DNA of 64,000 nucleotides from Lama glama (lineage: Eukaryota), in the NCBI GenBank assembly GCA_028534125.1, contig CM052816.1, positions 38,814,001 through 38,878,000 on the forward strand, given 5' to 3'. The first letter of the stretch is position 1. Each line of letters opens with the position of its first letter. The notes beneath the pieces were generated by a model. That model was given only the letters and a program-made list of their open reading frames with translations, was not told the DNA's origin and did not search any database. This document shows, one piece after another, positions 12,831 through 27,330 of this stretch. The position numbers were made by a program, and so were the translations under genes.

Positions 12831-15203
12831 TGCTAGATACTAGCCTCCTGGGGGGAGACTGGACCTCCCCTGCTATGACTAGCCCTGCCTGGACTTGCCT
12901 TGCCCATATCTTTAATCTCCCTTTTTCCCAATCTAAAAGCATATTTGTCTTTGATATCCTGAGGTGGAAAGAGGAAACTCCCTTGAAGGCACACAGTTCT
13001 TGTGACTGACTTTTTCTCTTCTCCTTTTCTAAGGCAAATTCTTGGGAAGAGAATTTTTTCTCCCTAACCCACTGCAGTCAGGTCAGGTATCTGTTTCTGC
13101 TATATGTGTGGATCTTGTGATCATACCCAGATTGTCCAGGAAGATAGGATGAAAAATGCAACAGGCCGCCAACATTTAATGGGACATGGTAACATCTACC
13201 TAATAAGGCTCCTCTGTGGATTAAAGTAAGTATCATATGTAGACTAATAATTACAGGGTCTGGTACATAGTTTCATATACTAAATTTCATCCCCTTGACC
13301 CATTTTATCCTAATTTAAGTAATTTGCCCGGGGTCATGTAGCTGATAAGTAAGTACCTATTCAAACTCAGGTCTGCTTGGCTAAAAAAGCATATTTCTAA
13401 CCTTCCACTACTCCAGAATTCCTTCCCAGTGCTTCTGCCCTCAGTGTTGTGCCGACCTGCAAACAACCTGCCCCTGGAAACCGCTGTCCTTGACCCGTTT
13501 TCCAGGTTCACATCTCAGACCTCACCCATCTAATCCACGTCTACTCCACACATCAGCCTTCTTTGACTGTCCATCCCACTTGTCCCCAGAACCCACACTG
13601 TCAGCCCTTAGAGAAGGGTGCAGGACAGAAGAGAGGTGGACACAAGAACTATTAAGTAAGATCTACAAGCATCGTTTGCTGAGTTCACAGGAATGGAGCA
13701 CATAGATATCACTTCAATGAAAGAATGCTTGTGGCGCTCAGAAATTAAAGAATGAGTCAATACGTGTGGTCAATATACTAGAGGATTTCCAAGTTTCTAA
13801 TAAGATCTCCAATAAGTTCAGCTCCAAGTTCAGTATCTCATTTGAAACTTTGCTTTGTAATTTAAGAGATGCCCAGTAGGTGGCGTATCTTACTCATAGA
13901 TGGCTTTCCAGGCCCCCACCATGAATAGTAGTTTGAATCATAAAATTCTTGTTAAGGCAGAAAGAGATTGAGAAACAATTTAGACCAACCTCCTCCGTTT
14001 CCAAAATATGAAAATGAGGATTAAATATTATAACATTTACAAGAGAAGAGCCAGCATTTAAACCTGGTGGTTAATATTCACCTGAAATCCTTCTGTTTTA
14101 AACTAGTTACCAGCCTTCAACTTTGGGTAACGCCCCCTAAGAAGGCCATGCAACAGCACTAAGTAGCTAGCCCTGGGTTAGGAAGGTGTAAGGATACTCA
14201 GGAGAACTTGTCTCTTATGAGATGATCACATTCTTAGAATGATATCCTGTTGGACCATTTATACAGTATTAAGAAATCCCAATTTTTAAAAAAGGACATT
14301 TAAAGTGAGAAGAAATCCACACCTTTCACCTTCTTGACTTTCTCCCACCACCTTCTGCTTTTTCTTCTACAACAAAATCTCACTTGCCAAGGATATGTTC
14401 AGGTTGTAAATTAGAAGAAAGCCAGCTTCCCAGGGCTTCCTTCCCTGGCTGCCTCAATACCTGTAGTTTTCAAGGAATTTCAAGGCCATCATACCATGTC
14501 CACTTTTAAAAGATATCCTAGGGAGAAATTCACATCCACTCAGTTATGGGCAAAATAGTTACTGAAAACTTACTATGTGCCAGAGAAAGAGCTGTAGAAA
14601 TGGAAGACAAGGCCAACAGCTCTCACAAAGTTTTGCTTTACTGCAGGAGGAGACAGAAAAGAAACAAGATAATTTCAGACACTGGGAAGTATTGGATTTG
14701 ATAGTGGCTGGGGGGAAGATGGGGTTGTGGGCTATTATCAAGGCTTCATCAAGCAAGCTTGTCTGAGAAGATGGTATTTAAGATAAAACAAAGATCTGGG
14801 AGAATGATTTCAGCAGAGGAAACAGCTAATACCAAGGACTGGAGCAGGGAGCGTGAAGCTACTATCAATCACTATATCCTTAATAAGTACTGGGTAGTTC
14901 ATCCTGTTGGTATAAAGAACCTTGCTACCTGGTATAAAGAAAAGTACTGAAGGCACTCAGGTGTAAATGAGGGGAAGGAGAGGGATCATCCTGGAACACG
15001 TCAGGTGTGTCCTCTTTCCCTGGTGTGGAAGCTGTGGACAGTCGGGTCCAGCAGTGTGGCACCGGTCTGTGCGGAGATGCCAGGAGAGGAGGAGGGCATA
15101 ACAGGGAAACAGAAAAGACTTGCTAAAGGGACAGACTGAGGGCACAAAATGCAAAATGTAGGTACTTAAAAAGAACTTGTAAAATAGCCTGCTTCTCTCC
15201 CTC

Positions 15204-15395
15204 TCAGTGTTTCTCAAAATGTGGTCTGCAAACCACAAATTAGAATAACTCAGGCACCTGTCAGATTCCCCTAGGCATCAATCTGTTCTTCCAAGTCTGA
15301 ATTTATGGGATGGGGCTCAGATATATGGATTATAGTAAGTACATACATACACACACACACACACGAATGTTATACACGCTAAAGGTGAGAACTGA
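15204..15395 (+). mobile_element. MER5A-like MITE containing a (CA)n tract
   Basis: cagtgtttctcaaaatgtggtc...gggatggggctcag...cacgctaaaggtgagaac; CA run at ~15345-15364. Confidence 0.6.
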
Positions 15396-18300
15396 TGCTC
15401 CGCAGAATTTGGATTTTTGCATTTTACTTAGTTCTTCAGATAGCCTTCTACCTTCTCCTAGCAGAAGCTCAGTTCTTCAAAGTAGGAAGAGGCTAAAACA
15501 GCTCTGAGAGAAAAAGGGAAGATTAATGCATGGCAAAGTCCTGCAAAACATTAGGGAGCTTTAAAGAGATCTTTAATAGTTCTTGCTATAAAAACAATAT
15601 AGGTCTTTGGTAATTTGTGATTTTTTAAATCTATAATATACAAAGGAGCACCTTTCTCTCTGAGTAAACAAAGGACATGAGGCTTTCTCCAAGGGTACAG
15701 TATTAATTTTCCTATGGAGGTTGTAGTTCTGTGGCCAATAATGTGCTCTCTCTAAATCTCAAGAGCACTGAACTCTCACCTCTTCCTGTTCTCAGGGACA
15801 CAATAGGAAGACAATTGCATTAGTGAAACTGTGGACTAGGAGGACGTGATTCCAGCTCCTGCAGTACACAACAGTGAGGACACACCAAATGCATTTGGAA
15901 CGGTGAAGAAAATGAGTATGTTCCTCATGTCCACTGGTATACTTGTATTCGACTTAGAAAACTATGGCCAAAAAAGCAAGAGTAAATTTAAATTTCTTAT
16001 CCAACCTCCTCCCATCTGTAATTAGGTACTGAGTCTTGATCTTTTGGGTTTGTTTTTACTAACCCTTCCAGTGACCCAAACCTAATAAGCAAACAAAAGG
16101 AGCAGGAGTATCTGGTTGCCTGATACAGCCTGATACATTTAATATTTGATTTCTTTCTTATTTTTCACCATCAATGATTTGAAGAGAAAGCACATGACTT
16201 CTCTCTCCCACAAATTCTTCCAGCAGCAACAGCAGCAGTAGTGGTGGCAGAGGGGCCTTTGGGAAGACGTTTCAGAAGCCTGACAATCCTTGCTTAAAGA
16301 CTGTTCAACCGCTGTTCACACTCTTCAAATGCTTTAACCAAAATGTCAGAGGCTTCATCAGAGTGGAAATTATTCTATGAATCCAAAATACATTATTTTT
16401 CCTTAGAATAGACTTATCTCCTTATTTTAGTAAAATGTCTCCCGAATCAGCAAAAGGAGAATCTAAGTTTGTGTATTTGTTCTTCACAAGGAATTCTCAG
16501 GTACAAGCTTAAAAATGGACAATTAAGGCAAATTATTCATGAAGTACCTATAGCATTTGCATTTTTCCCTCTGGGATACAGCTGTCATCATCATTTACAT
16601 GGAGGGTATTTGCTTGCAGATCTACCCTTTTACCGCAGAACTAAGATAATGTTTCCACTTAAACTGAGTCATGCTTGTCCTAAATATTGCATAGCTGGAC
16701 TGCCATCTCCTGTTTCCTTGGGCCAAACACAATGACAGAGCAAACTGGGCTGTGGCCCCCAGTTCTCTCTGTGTACTCACTGCCATTGTGTGTGGTAGTC
16801 AGATCTATCTGTTATACTGCAAGGAATTATAATAGTGAATGAGTTGCACAAAATTCTACCCAAGAAATTTTACAGTGAAAAGCTTGTAAATGGAGTGCCA
16901 GCTCCAGCTATGAAAAATGTGCTCTGAAAGCACAGGAGGAACATTTGCAACTTGAAACTTTTCATCAGAAATTGAGAGAACTCAAGGTCAATTTAATATT
17001 AATTCTCCCCGAGCTCTTTCATCTAATAGATATCCAGCTGCATTTGAATCTGGTAAAGAGATATGAATTTAGGTCAGTTTAGCCTTCAAAGGACAAATTT
17101 CTTGAGAAATATTCTGTATCCATCTATTTAGTTTTGAGTATCATTAGGTTATTTTAAGGTGAAAATGACCAAAACTTGCCTTTTTCATAGAAAGGGAAAT
17201 TCATTTCTGGTAAGTTGAAATTGCTTTTGAATAATTTATAGGGAACAGAGAATTCATCAGATCTGATATCATCAGCAGCCATGAGGTTGCCCTGTTCTGT
17301 AATGAGTGCTGTGGGAGCTGGAGAGCTGGAGTTGGTTAGCGTGAGAATTTCTATCCAGAATCTCATACAGGTTTAAGGCTGGCAACATTTAACAAATGCA
17401 AAGCCTGGGTCAAAACTGGGTCAGAAGGAACCTTTTAAAAAACAGCCTTACTGTAAAGGAAATTCTCTAGACTCCCAGCCCAACGCTGATATCCATTCCC
17501 CATAGTTCCTAGCCAGTATGCAGGGACTCATAATATGGAAGACCTTTTCATTGGTGGGGAGATGATGATGACAGGAACAAAATAAAGTAATAAAGCCAAA
17601 TAAAATGAAAAAAAGATGAATCCAAATAAAGCGAGAAATAAACCTTCAGTTCACTACTGATCAATTCCCTATTTCTTCTACTCAAATATTAGAAGTCTTT
17701 CTCCCACTCTTTTAGGCCTGTTGCTGAATCACTCTGCCTTGAATCCAATCCTGAATTTTAAAGTATATAATCTTGTACCTCCCCAATATCCCATGTTTAG
17801 TCTTCTTCCTGTTCATTAATTTTAAATGCTCTTATTAACCATCTTTTTGTGTGCAAGGGACACAGCTAATCATTTATCTAGAAGCCAAGTTGAATAAGAC
17901 AAAGTTCCTACTCTCATAATGAGTGGTGTCTGAACTTAGACTTCTGGCATGGGTAAGATTTCTGCACATAGAATGTGGGGAAGAAATTCTGAGATTGGAG
18001 CAGCAGTGTAAGGAAAGGCTGGGCAGGAATGTGTTGCTACTCAACCAGGGAACCATGGTGGATCAATCTGACTGTATCATGGGGTATTTGGAGAAGGGTA
18101 ATGGAGGCTTAGGCGGTAAACACGGAACAAAGCCAAATGCTAACAAATCTTAAAGTAACGATAAAGAGCTGTACCCTATTTGGGTGTCAATGAAGAACCA
18201 CCCAAAAGCATGACTGAAAGATAAATGAAGCTATTCCTTAGGACTCTGGGCACGTGTTGGGAGACTGGATGGTAGAGTAGCTAGGAAGCCTTGCATTAAT

Positions 18301-18504
18301 TCAGGCAGAGGTAAGAGGCTAAATTTGGGTGATGGCACTAAGAATCAGGGAGAGAAAATCAATTTCAGAATTATTTTAAGGATTCACCTGCTATTCCAAA
18401 CTTTTTATTGCTGCCCTGGACCGTTTTCTCCAGTCTTCTGTCCTCTATCCCACTGTAAACACCCTTCCTTACAGTTCCTTGAGCAACCTCTCCAGCCCTA
18501 GATA

Positions 18505-18990
18505 TGGAAGTTCTTCACCTGGAATTCAGAGATCCCCAAGAATAGATTATAAAGGTTCTTGATCTTGTATGGGAAAAAAGTCACATCTTTATTTTCACTA
18601 ACCTCTAACTGATTTAAAATATTCCTCAATTACAATAAAGGGAACAAACCACTAAAAAATTAACTGTTCTGTCAATTTTTAATGACAGAAATTAAAGATA
18701 TGTTGTCATATTGTTATCAGCTATTGTTATTGTCCATATATTAAAATACAGTTTCTATTCATAACTATTTCAAATTTCAGGTAGCAGTTAGTCCCATGAC
18801 CAGACCCTATTGCTTAATATGTTATTAAAGAAGGAGATGCTCATATCACACATTTTTATGTAATATTGTGATAATGGTATTTAAGTATAATTGGTTTTCT
18901 TTGTAATCCAATGTATTTTGATTTATGTATGTAAAAATGTTATTCTAAAAAAAGATTTATATATATAGCTTCTGCAGATTGCCAAACATC
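18505..18990. mobile_element. hAT-Charlie MITE (Charlie4a/MER113-like)
   Basis: gggaaaaaagtcacatctttattttcactaacctctaactga...ataattggttttctttgtaatccaatgtattttg matches a recalled Charlie MITE consensus; subfamily uncertain. Confidence 0.6.
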
Positions 18991-21900
18991 AAGAAGCCTT
19001 GTAAAGATCTAGGTCATCACCTGAGGTCGTGGCCTGACACAATTTTCTGACCATCTCCAAGGTCTAGCTCTATACCCTTGAGAGAAAACAGTCCACCTCT
19101 CACTCCTTCTAAAGACAGCCTTGCCTTTGTTCATCACCTGTAGACAAGGGAAGGAGAGATAGCCCCTCACATGCCACCTCACTGCTGGTTTCACCTCCCC
19201 CTCCCCCTCCCCCTTATTTTGTTTCACTTGTTCTATTTTATGAACCTTCTTCTGAGAGGCCTTTAGAATGCCAGCGCTTCTGTAATCAAGCATAATCTCA
19301 ATCTCCCTTTTGTCCTTTTTTTTTCCTGGAGAATTTTTTCTATACTAAGTAAAATGTCATACTCTTCCTGGATCTAATCAGTTTGCTGTTGCTGCATACC
19401 AGAAGCCAACAACTTTTAAAGATGAATGCCAAGTGTCCATTGATTCATTTCCTTATTAAGTGGGAGCAGGAGGTGAAAGAGGAGTTACCTGCTGGTAATT
19501 AATGCCTGCGTGAGGCACCTCAGCAAGCCTGTTGACCATACAGTGATGTGGGAGAGAAATTAGGAAGGAAACTGTTGACTAAGGAATAAAAAGAGTGTAT
19601 ATTTAGGGGACAAGGAGTACACCAAAAATAATCTAGATGTGACCCTGACTGCCCCCACTGAATGATCTTCTGTATTCAGAATCTTGGCACATGTACATAA
19701 ATTGATAACCTCTGTTACGTAACTTCTCAAAGGGCACAGGCTTAGGCCACAAACTAAAAACGAATGCACAATAAATATTTTCCTTGTTGACCTTGTGATG
19801 AAACTAGGATAACTAACAGATTTTGTTTTCATTAAAGTTTCTTTCAGTGTACCTCACTTCCTGTGACTAAGCGATGGCACTGGTGACAGAGAAACTACTA
19901 TGCATACTGTAGAACTTAGTGGAGATTTCAGTACAGTTTTGTTTTGTTGGGCCTTTTTTCCTTTTAACATAGACATCAAATGACTAATGAAAAGAATTAG
20001 TTGGAAAATTATACACAGAATTTTCATCAATATTCTCTCCCACTCCTGGAAGTAAATAATGAGGTTTCAGGGGTTGTTTCTGAAAATCTGTAACTTGACA
20101 GTTTCAATAATAATCAAGAAAATAGGAATAGAAAGTTTGATCAATAAGATTGGAGCCACAGATGCAACAATGTCTAGTATCACAAAAGGTAGGCTTAGAA
20201 TTTAAATGACTTTTATAATTTGAAGTAGTTGGTGGCTATGGAAAAATAAATACTGAGGGAAGAGAAGCCCAATGTATATTTGTGTGAGACTACAAATGTC
20301 AGGGGGTCAGAGTGAACCACAAGCACCCAGAGAGCAAAACTAAAATGGCAAATGCAAAAGTGTTCACTCTTCGGCCACTGTGAAGTCATTGTTTCAGTAG
20401 GGACAGAACCAGGGGTTCTTTACCTGAGTCCTATCCCCAGGAAGACACGAAGGAGGGTAACTGTCACAAGAAAGGTCAAAATTCATATAGTATAAACAAT
20501 TACACACACACAGCAAAAGTACAAGGGACATAACATATTACATTTGGAAAAAAAGAAGATTGTCAGAGTTAAGGTATTAGGGTATATGGACCAGCACTGC
20601 CCTGTGGTGGTATTCAGTGTGAACAGCAAAATGTTTTTAAAGGACAATGTATGAAGTTGTTAATAAGTAATTTTTTCCCAACTTAGTAGTTTATCCTTTC
20701 TTTTGCAATAACATCCTTCCTAATTTTCTATTATTAAATTGTCTTTCATTTAAAAAAATACAAATAACAGAGTTTTTTCGTAAACACTTCTCTTTGGGAA
20801 AATTTTTTTTAAAAAAGAAGGGAAAAGTATATCCAATCTCTCTCATTTATTTTAATTTTCTACTCTTTGAATAGGTAGTTCAGATTAGTGATCCCTGACC
20901 TTATTACATAAATCTTTCAGAAACAATTTTAACATATATCTCCCATACATGGGACTTTATTTATAAATTACATTCATATGCTGCTCTGATAATATATATT
21001 GATATTACTAAACTTACACAAAAAATATAAATTTATATTGATAAAACAAAAATAAACAAATTCATCTTATTAAAAAGTTAAAGGACCCATTATGCTTTCT
21101 CTCTTAAAAATATTATTGAGACCAACTTATTTAATATATCTTATTTTTCTTAAATCTTGGTTTAACATTTTGTGAAACAGGAATTGAGAGGCCTAGCTCA
21201 GAATACAGTTTATTTTCATTCATAGTTTTAGTGTGTCAGAACTTAAATGCACATTTTAACAAAGACAGAAGAAATCCAAATGGAAGAAGTGCCTATTGGC
21301 TGCAATTCCTAAGTCATAGTGCTCCTTTTTCAATTCCATCCACCAATTATGCAAAAATTTTTCCTTTAAATTTGGCTAGTAAATTTCCATCTTCCCTGAT
21401 GTCAGTCACTCATCCATGCAAACTAACTGGGCAGTGTTGCATTGTACTATTTTTAACAAATAGATTCAGAACATCTTATACAGAAAAATTTTAAATTCCA
21501 AGTTCCTTAAATGTGGGGATATGAGTTTTTATAGGTGAAACCTACTGTTTATGGCAACTAAATCATTAATGACAGAAACAATACCCAAATGTTTTTTTCA
21601 TCACATGAGTTTCTTTCAAAAACAGTTTCTTTCTCATCCATTATTAAAAAGTGACCTTTACCATGAAGAGGCAAATCAAGATTGCTTGTTTTTTCAAATA
21701 TCTGCTAGGTAACACACTGCTGAGAGTTACTTGTCATCCCCCAAAAAAGGTCAGCAGATCCAGTAAGTGAGGGTTTTTTTTTAAATAAAGAAAGCAGTAT
21801 ACAATTTATCTTAAATTTTATGTAAGTTCTTGTAAGGTAACCAGCAAATCTCTGTGATGAGTGAAAGATTCTCAAGATCACTGCTCCACATCATTAGAAA

Positions 21901-23157
21901 GCACTATAAAGATTTTTTAAAATATAATGTAATATAATTTCTGAATCCCCTTACCCACATACTAACTTAACATTGCAGAATGCCAAAAATGAACACAGGG
22001 CCACAGGGTGCAGTCAGTTCCTCTCGGGGTGGAATTTGTACTCTGCCCTGCAGAGGTAAAGCCTTGGCTAGAGGTTCCTAACTTGTAACTGCCTGAAATA
22101 CAGGCTACATGATGATGCCAGGTACAAGCTATATGTTAAATATTCATAAAGTTTAATTTAATATTATTTTGTAGATACAGATCTAAAAATAGAAATTCTA
22201 TTATTTTCCTCTTGCATCTCAGTCTCTGAGCTGTACATACGATGAATACCAAGGCCTTAATTGATTTAGATAATGTGTTTTTAAAATTTTTCTAATTGAC
22301 TGTGAAAAGCCAACAGTTTAAATGGCACAGATTATTAATTAACATTTCAATTGTCTTTATGAACATTGTGGGCTATTATATAGAGTGTAATGTCCAAAAA
22401 TTCTTCAAATTTTCCAAGAAAAAATTTAAAAAGATATAAAGCCCAGAAAATAACTAATGATGAATTAAAATAACTTATTTTCAAGGAACACTGTTGAAAC
22501 AAAAGCAAATGCTGAAAAAGAAAATTTCTCTACAGATCTTTTCTAAAATACTAAACTGCTTCAGATGAAAGGAAATCTATATTACAACATGGTTTTGGAG
22601 CCAGACTTTCCTGCTGACCTATGAACACACAACCCTTGGGCTTCTATGTCTGGGGTTTCATAAGAAGAACCTAGGCACAGTCTTTCCTGGCTCACTAAGA
22701 ATGTCATTCTCCCTACAATTAAAAGATGCATTTGATTTCTATTAGTACCACAATAGTCACATTATCTTGTGATCATTACTCAAAAAGCTCAGCCAACTGA
22801 AGTTAAATATGAACAAAAATATAATTGAGGATTCCTAAGACTCATAAACAGTCTGAAACAAACATCCAAGTAATAAAATGATAAAAACACTAGCCTTTGA
22901 AATTTTGTTTTAATTGATTTTCACAAAATTGATAGTATAAATGTAGGAGACTATAGCAAAGGGCTACAAAAGCATAAGCAAATGAAATTATTAGAATTGG
23001 GCCATATAAAACTACCAAGAAATAAAAAGCTGTCAAAAATTGTAAACAATATTTTTACATTTGCAAAGGTATATATTCTTATAGTTTGTGTTTACTGATT
23101 AAACAACTAACACATCACCTATTGTATTAACTGTTACAAGGACAAATTTCAAAAATA

Positions 23158-26100
23158 CAGTCTATTCTTATTAGTCTCAGCAGTTATATTCTACGAAGTC
23201 ACTGCAAACACTGAATTAGTAAATATTGAACCATTGCTCTTAGGGGAAACACAGGGTTAGGTTCCTGGAGGCCCACTGGTTGTAACATTTTCATCAACCA
23301 TTTAATACATAAATTTGTTCTATGTGGGTTTCTGTTTAAATATATCGTATTTAATATATATTGTTGAGTCATTAACATTGAATTCATGGCCTACAGCACT
23401 CTAACTTGCTTGAAGGAGACTTACCTAACAGATATAGGCATGCCTTGCACATACTGTGGGCTCAGCTCCAGACTATCACGATAAAGCAAATATCCCAGTA
23501 AAGAGAGTCCACAATTTCTTTGGTTTCCCAGGGCATATAAAAGTTATATTTACACTATCCTATAATCTATTAGGTGTGCAGTAGCATTATGCCTAAAAAA
23601 TGTGCATACCTTAAAAATACTTCATTGCTAAAATTTGCTAACCATCATCTGAGCCTTTAGTGAATCATAATCTTTTTGCTGGTGAAGGATCCTGCCTATA
23701 TGTTAATCGCTGCTGACTGGTCAGGGTGGTGGTTGCTGAAAGTTGGGGTGGCTATGGCAATTTCTTAAAATAAGGCAACAATGAAGTTTGCCACATCAAC
23801 TGACTCTTTCTTTCATGAACAATTTCTCTACAGCATGAGATGCTATTCGATAGCATTTTACCCATAGTAGAACTTCTTTCAGAATTGGAGCAAATCTTCT
23901 CAAACTCTGACACTGCTGTATCAACTAGGTTTATGTAGTATTATAAATCCTTTGTTATTTCAACACTCTTCACATCATCTTCACCAGGAGTAGATTCCAT
24001 TCCAGGAAACCACTTTCTTTGCTCATTCATAAGAAGCAACCCCTCATGTGTGAAAGTTTTATCAACAGAATGCAGCAATTCCGTCTCATCTTCAGGCTCT
24101 ACTTCTGATTCTAGTTCTCCTGCTATTTCCACCACATCTGCAGTTACTTCCTCCAGTGAAGTCTTGAAGCCCTCAAAGTCATCCACGAGCATTGGAATCA
24201 ACTTATTCCAAGCTCCTGTTAATGTTGATATTTTGACTTCTTTCCATGAATCACAAATGTTCTTAATGGCATTTAGAATGATGGCTCCTATCCAGAAGGT
24301 TTTCAACTGACTTTTCCCAGATCCTTCAGAGGAATCACTATCTATGGCACTTATAGCCTTATGAAATACATTTTTTAAATAGTAAGACTTGAAAGTCTAA
24401 ATTACTCTTTGATTCATGGTCTGCAGAATGAATGTTGTGTTAGCAGACATGGAAACACCATGAACCTCACTGTACACTTCCATCAGCTCTCTTGGGTAAC
24501 CAGGTGCATTGTCAGAGAGCAGTAACATTTTGAAAGGAATCTTTTTTCCTGAGCAGTAGGTCTCAACAGTGGGCTTAGGCTTAAAATATTCAATAAACCA
24601 TATTGTAAACAGATATGCTTTTCATCCAGGCTTTGTTATTCCATTTATAGAGCACAAGCAGAGTAGATTTAGCATAATAATTCTGAAGGGTCCCAGGATT
24701 TTCAGAATGGTAAATGAGCACTGACTTCAAGTCACCAGCTGCATTAGCCCCTAACAAGACAGCCAGCTTGTCCTTTGAAGTTGGAAGCCAGACACTGACT
24801 TCTCCTCTCCAGCTATGAAAGTCCTAGATGGCATCTTCTTCCAAGAGAAGGCTGTTTCATCTGCATTGAACATCTATTTCTCAGTGTAGCCACCTTCATG
24901 AATGATTTAGGGAGATTTTCTGGATAACTTGCTGCAGCTTCTACATCAGCAACTGCTACTTCACCTTGCACTTTGATGTTGTGGAGACAACTTATTTCCT
25001 TCAGCCTCATGAACCCAACCTCAAGAACTAACCTCTGCTAGTTTCAAACTTTTCTTCTGCCGCTTCCTCACCTCTCTCAGCCTTCAAAGAATTGAAGAGA
25101 GTTAGGGCCTGGCTCTGGATTAGGGAAAACTGTGGCTGGTTTGATCTTCTATTCAGACCACTAAAACTTTCTCCATATCAGCACGAGACTGTTTCACTTT
25201 CTTATCATTCCTGTGTTCACTGGAGTAGCACTTCTGATTTCCTTCAGTAAATTTTTCTTTGCATTCATAGCTTGGTTAACTGTTTGTTGTTTGGTCTAGC
25301 TTTTGGCCTGTCTTGGCTTTCAACATGTCTTCCTTACTAAGCTATATCATTTCTCACTTTTGATTTAAAATGAGAGATGTGTGACTCTTCCTTTCACTTT
25401 AACACTTAGAAACCATTGTAGATTTGTTAACTGGCCTAATTTCAATATTGTCGTGTCTCAGGGAACAGGGAGGCCCAAAGAAATGAAGAGAGACATGGGG
25501 GTGGGGGTGGGGACAGCTGTTGGTGGAGCACTCAGAACATACCACAATATTTATTTATTAAGTTCACTGTCTTATGTGGGTGCAATTCATGGAGCCCCAA
25601 AAGAGTAAATATCAAAGATCCCTGATCAAAGACCATAATAAATATAGTGACAATGAAACAGTTTGAAATATTGCAAGAATTACCAAAATGTGACAGAAAG
25701 ATGTGTTAGAAAATGGTGCTGGCAGACTTGCTCAATGCAGAGTTGCCACAAACCTTCAATTTGCAAGAAACACAGTATCTTTGAAATGCAGTAAAGTAAA
25801 GCACAATAAAATGAGGTTTGCCTATATCTTTTCCATAAGCCACATAACAGCCTTCTTGCATTTAGGAACACTAGCCAGCAATTCAACATTGCCATTGGAG
25901 GCCATTTAAAGAGCAAAATCACCAACAAAGACCCCATAAAAGTACAAAACATAGCACTAAATAGACCATGAAAAGGACACTTGTTTATAGAATAAAGAGC
26001 TGAAAAAAGAAGATAGGGCATTGTTTTGTTCAGCCTCAGCTGGGAACATGGGCTAGACAATTCAAATTTTTTGCACTTTAAGCACATCCACGAATGATCA

Positions 26101-26195
26101 TGAAGTGCTATGAGTATTGACTTTGATTTTATGTATAAATTTTAACAAGTAGGTGAATTTGCAAATACGAGATTTTTAATAATGAGAACAAACTG
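23158..26195 (-). mobile_element. MER82-like TcMar-Tigger element split by a Tigger1 insertion (arms 23158-23434 and 25825-26195)
   Basis: TA|CAGTCTATTCTTATT left end and AATAATGAGAACAAACTG right end form inverted termini; both arms are collinear with the recalled MER82 consensus. Confidence 0.75.
23435..25824 (-). mobile_element. Near-full-length (~2.39 kb) Tigger1 DNA transposon with disrupted pogo-family transposase
   Basis: Inverted ends TAGGCATGCCT / GAGGTTTGCCTA flanked by TA. Transposase remnants on the - strand: 23941-24306 ([39 protein letters not shown]) and 24813-25010 ([21 protein letters not shown]). Frameshifted. Confidence 0.92.
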
Positions 26196-26937
26196 TTACT
26201 TATAAAACTTTACTTAATTAACAGAATAGGGAAGTGAAATGTGAAAGATGATTATTTTTTCTTGATGTTTTATTAAAAATGGGAAGAAAGTATTACAGTG
26301 AAAATGGCAAATATTTATTAAGCATTATGAACAAAATAGGACTCTTACATACTTAACAAAGTTTTAATTTCAGCAACCCACTGAGGTGTTAACATTATTA
26401 TGCCCATTTAAACATGAGAAAACTAAGGTTTAGAACGCAAAGTGTATTTTCCAAGCTTGCTCAGCTACAAATTGGTTGATCTAGAACTCAGTGTACATGG
26501 GAAAGGTCACAGTATTTCTGCAACTCCATGAAACACGACTTTCCTAAATTTAATCCTAGTCACTAATTTTGAAATTAATTGATAAATTTACCACAATGTC
26601 ACTTTTTTGGCTGGAACTCAGCTGCATTTTTCAAAAGGTTTTTCCTTTGTTCAGGTTCTTACAAGCTATCTAAATTATGAATCTCAGCAATGTGCAAATA
26701 TTCTGTTGACATTCTTATAAACTCTGAAACATAAAAGGGCAAAATGTAGCCTTTCAGATAACACAATCCTTTTTTCTTGTATTTGTTCAGGGACATGCTC
26801 TTTTGAGCTTACAGCACTTTCTCAGAGGGAAATTAGGAAATGCGTTCTTTCAGAAACACAGGTAGTAAGTGCTTATTGTACCTTAAACATTCACCTAACT
26901 CTTCTCTATATTTGATTTTATTATAAGTAATGGGGGA

Positions 26938-27330
26938 TTGTGTCACTTCTCTGTTCAAAAAGTTTTAGTAATTCCTTACTATATATAGGACAAAGTCAAA
27001 CTTCTCAGCCTGGCATTAATAGTCCCTATGATGAGGGTCCAACTTCCACACTTATTACCTGTAGACCAAAGCATTTCTCAATGTCACTCTGCTCCATCCA
27101 GCCCCTCCCCCTTGCCGCTCCCCTGGAACACCCTTTTCCTCCAATTCCTGGGCCACTTCTCATACCATTCTGCTTGGCTCTCTTACCCTCCAATATCTAC
27201 AGATGCCAAAATAAAGCCTCCTTCATAAGACCTTCTCAGTATCTCCAGGTCATAATTAATTAATCCCATCTCCATACTCCTATGTGACCTAGCCTTTAAG
27301 GTGCCCTACAAATGTTAGCTGAACTGAAAT
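26938..27330 (+). mobile_element. LINE-2 3' fragment
   Basis: tgtcacttctctgttcaaaaag...caaacttctcagcctggcatt...aaatgttagctgaactgaa. Confidence 0.55.

Noticed and set aside
23941..24306. 121-aa ORF as a domesticated TIGD-like gene
   Set aside because: Fragment of a frameshifted Tigger1 transposase still bounded by its TIRs; no long intact ORF.
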